From: Eledone cirrhosa
Taxonomy: Eukaryota
Direction: 5' to 3'
Assembly: GCA_964016885.1 (NCBI GenBank)
Contig: OZ024740.1
Location: forward strand, 143,468,001-143,532,000
DNA length: 64,000 nucleotides
In this document: positions 61,275-64,000 of the stretch, piece after piece
How positions within the stretch are numbered: position 1 is the stretch's first letter
How the letters are laid out: every line of letters begins with the position of its first letter
The notes under the pieces: generated by a model
Databases searched by the model: none
What the model was told of the DNA's origin: nothing
The model's input: only the letters and a program-made list of their open reading frames with translations
Translations under genes and position numbers: made by a program

Positions 61275-63940
61275 ACAATGTCAAAGATAAAGATAAATTC
61301 ACCTCCTGTTGTCGGGCGAGAATGCAAGAACTCCTCTTTATTTCAGGCACGGATGGCCAAAATAATCCCATCTCCCACACCCCTTCCTGTGCCTCCAACC
61401 TATCCCTTCCACCCACCCAACGAAATCCAAAACTTCAGAGTTGGTACCATGAATGTAGACACTTTGAAAGTTTGCTCTAACGAGGTTGTAGAGATGCTTG
61501 AACGTAAGGAAGTTGATGTTTGTTGTGTTCAAGGACTAGATTCATTGTGGGTAAAAAACGATGCTATAAACTTTTCTGGGTGGGGTGGGGTGGTGTAGGA
61601 ATTATGTTAGCAGAAAAATGGGTAGATAAGGTAATTGCCGTAAATAGAGTGAACGACAGAATAATTAAAATAAGACTAGTTCTAAATAGAAGTACTGTGA
61701 CAATAATATCCGCTTATGCATCCCAATCTGGCCTACCTGACGTTATAAAAGACAGATTCTATGAGTCGCTAATGCTCACTACCTCCCAAATAACCGACAG
61801 TGACTACATAATTATTGGTGGTGACCTTAATGGTCATGTTGGACAACATTCTGACGGTTATGACGGAATCGATGGAGGCTATGGGTTTGGTACTAGAAAT
61901 GAGGACGGCTTCAGAATCCTGGAATTCTGTGACGCTAATAACCTAACTATCTGTAACACAAACTTCAAAAAATGAGACAATCACTTGATCACTTATAGAT
62001 CAGGGGAACACACCAGTCAGATAGATTATATCCTTACTAGAAGACGTGACAGAGTGTCTGTTGTAAATACTAAATCCCTCCCCCGTGAAGAATGCACCTC
62101 CCAACACTGCCTCATAGTTAGCAACCTCATACCCAAAACTAGACATACTCGACAACAGAGGAGAAGAATATGAAAGTTGAAGGACCCCACAGCCTGTAAC
62201 AAATTTAAAAGTATATTACTTGATGCTTTTGACAGTAAGAAAGAGCAATTAGAGACGTACAGCATCTGGAATGGTGGGACACACTATGGTCACCTGGATA
62301 GTAAACCAAGTAATACAGAATGGAATCATACCAAATGACTGGCGTAGCAGCATCATCATTAACTGCTACAAGGGTAAAGGAGATGCTCTAGATAGGGGAA
62401 ATTATAGAGGCATTAAGTTAGTTGACCAGGTCATGAAGGTCACAGAAAGAGTTATAGTGCAACTAATCACAGAGCGAATTGATCTAGATGAAATGCAGTT
62501 TGGGTTTGTGTCAGGTAAAAGTACCACATACTCTTTTCCTTGTATGGCAACTACAGGAGAAGTACCTAGATAAAAGTAAACCCCTCTACTTAGCTTTTAT
62601 TGACTTGGAGAAAGCCTTTGACAGAGTCTCCCCACCCCCCTCCATTATCTGGTGGACTCTTAGAAAACTTGGTGTAGATGAATGGCTTGTGATAGCTATA
62701 CAAGCCATGTATAGAGGAACAGTCAGCAACGTTAGAATTAACAATAAATATAGTGAAGAATTTAGCATCAAAGTTGGTGTTCATCAAGGCTCTGTCTTTA
62801 GCCCCCTCTTATTTATTATTGCCCTTCAAGCTATAACAGAGGAGTTCAAGACCGGCTGCCCGTGGGAACTTCTATACGCAGATGATCTAACTCTCATAGC
62901 TGAATCGATGGCTGAACTAGAGAAGAAATTCCAAACATGGAAGCATGGCCTAGAATCAAAAGGCCTTAAAGTTAACTTGTCTAAGACTAAAGTTCTAGTA
63001 TGTAGAAAGGAAAATAGGGCACAGGTGCCCTCTGGGAAATGGCCATGCTCAGTGTGTAGGAAAGGAGAAGGCAGAAATTTCAAATGTCAGAAATTTCAGA
63101 AATTTCAAATGTCCCAAATGCAAACTATGGGTACATAAAAGATGTAGTGGGATCACAGGTAAACTATCTAAGAAGGTAGATTTTATATGTGGTCGATGCT
63201 CAGGTTCAATAAGTAGCAAGTGCCCACAGGATACTAGCTCCTTCTATTGCCCAGATGGTTCTATAGAAATTGTGGACACTTTCCGTTGCCTGGGTGACAA
63301 AATCAGCAGTGGTGGAGGGTGCTCTGAAAGTACAGTAGCCAGAGTCAGAACGGGATGGAAAAAGTTCAGAGAGCTTATACCATTATTGGCCACTAAAGGT
63401 TTCTCTCTAAAAATGAAAGGTAGATTGTAAGATGCCTGTATACAAACAGCAATGTCTAATAGTAATATACGCGAATGGCAAAAGATAAATGAACTGGACC
63501 GAGATCTTTGTGCATAGTGAAACCTTCAGTCAGTAGGCACCGCTTAACCAACACCTTGCCTATGTGCATAGTGAAACCTACAGTCAGTAGGCACCGCTTA
63601 ACCAAATATACACCCCATCCTACTACCCCCGACTCCACCCTCCCACTCCTGCCAACACTACCCTTTCTCTGTAAAGTTATGTTGGTACCACAACATCCAC
63701 TCCAAAATAAATGAGGTTGTGTAGGTGTCATGATAAAAAAACACAGTCCACGCTGTAATGTGGCCGTGTAGGTAACACAGTAAAAAACTCCCAGTCCACA
63801 CTGTAAATGTGGTTGGTGTTAGGAAGGGCATCCAGCCGTAGCAAACCTGCCAGCCAGTCCTATACGAGCAAGACATGGTCACCCGACCGTCTAAACCCAT
63901 GCTAGCGTGGAAGATAGACGTTAAACAATGATGATGATGA
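61275..63940 (+). mobile_element. RTE LINE (copy B)
   Basis: Duplicate of 5266-8128; LLYADDL and (ATG)n tail. Confidence 0.93.
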
Positions 63941-64000
63941 CATTTCTTGTATTCAAAGACAAACAGAAGAGTAAAGACTTCTGGTTATGAACATCAGAAA

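Larger units (their letters stand above)
55355..64000 (+). repeat. Segmental/tandem duplication, copy B (runs off the window end)
   Basis: CATTGGTCTCTAGGAA at 55355 matches position 1, and ACATCAGAAA at 64000 matches 8189. Confidence 0.95.

Overview
AT-rich, repeat-dense eukaryotic genomic DNA, most consistent with an octopus/coleoid cephalopod. The basis is [17 protein letters not shown]-type C2H2 arrays, (ATG)n-tailed RTE LINEs and tRNA-derived CORE- and Deu/Nin-type SINEs. Almost every ORF in the track is a transposon fragment or an antisense/microsatellite artefact. The main result is a spliced + strand gene that the ORF track shows only in fragments. Six GT-AG coding exons (8526-8565, 10324-10365, 11749-11997, 19559-19644, 20065-20230, 20685-20896) join in phase into an open 264-aa protein. 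It has a signal peptide, two atypical Ig-like domains, a Thr-rich VNTR stalk and a GPI-type C-terminus. The gene lies between two near-identical blocks about 55.4 kb apart (1-8189 recurs at 55355-64000), which suggests a tandem array of diversifying cell-surface Ig-like proteins. An uncollapsed haplotype is the alternative explanation. Also present are a retrozyme-like repeat with a minimal hammerhead ribozyme, further Penelope-type hammerheads, nested Helitrons, a TSD-flanked 50-bp satellite with higher-order structure, two C2H2 ZNF pseudogenes and a near-intact RTE LINE. All translations and alignments were done by eye, and transposon boundaries are approximate.
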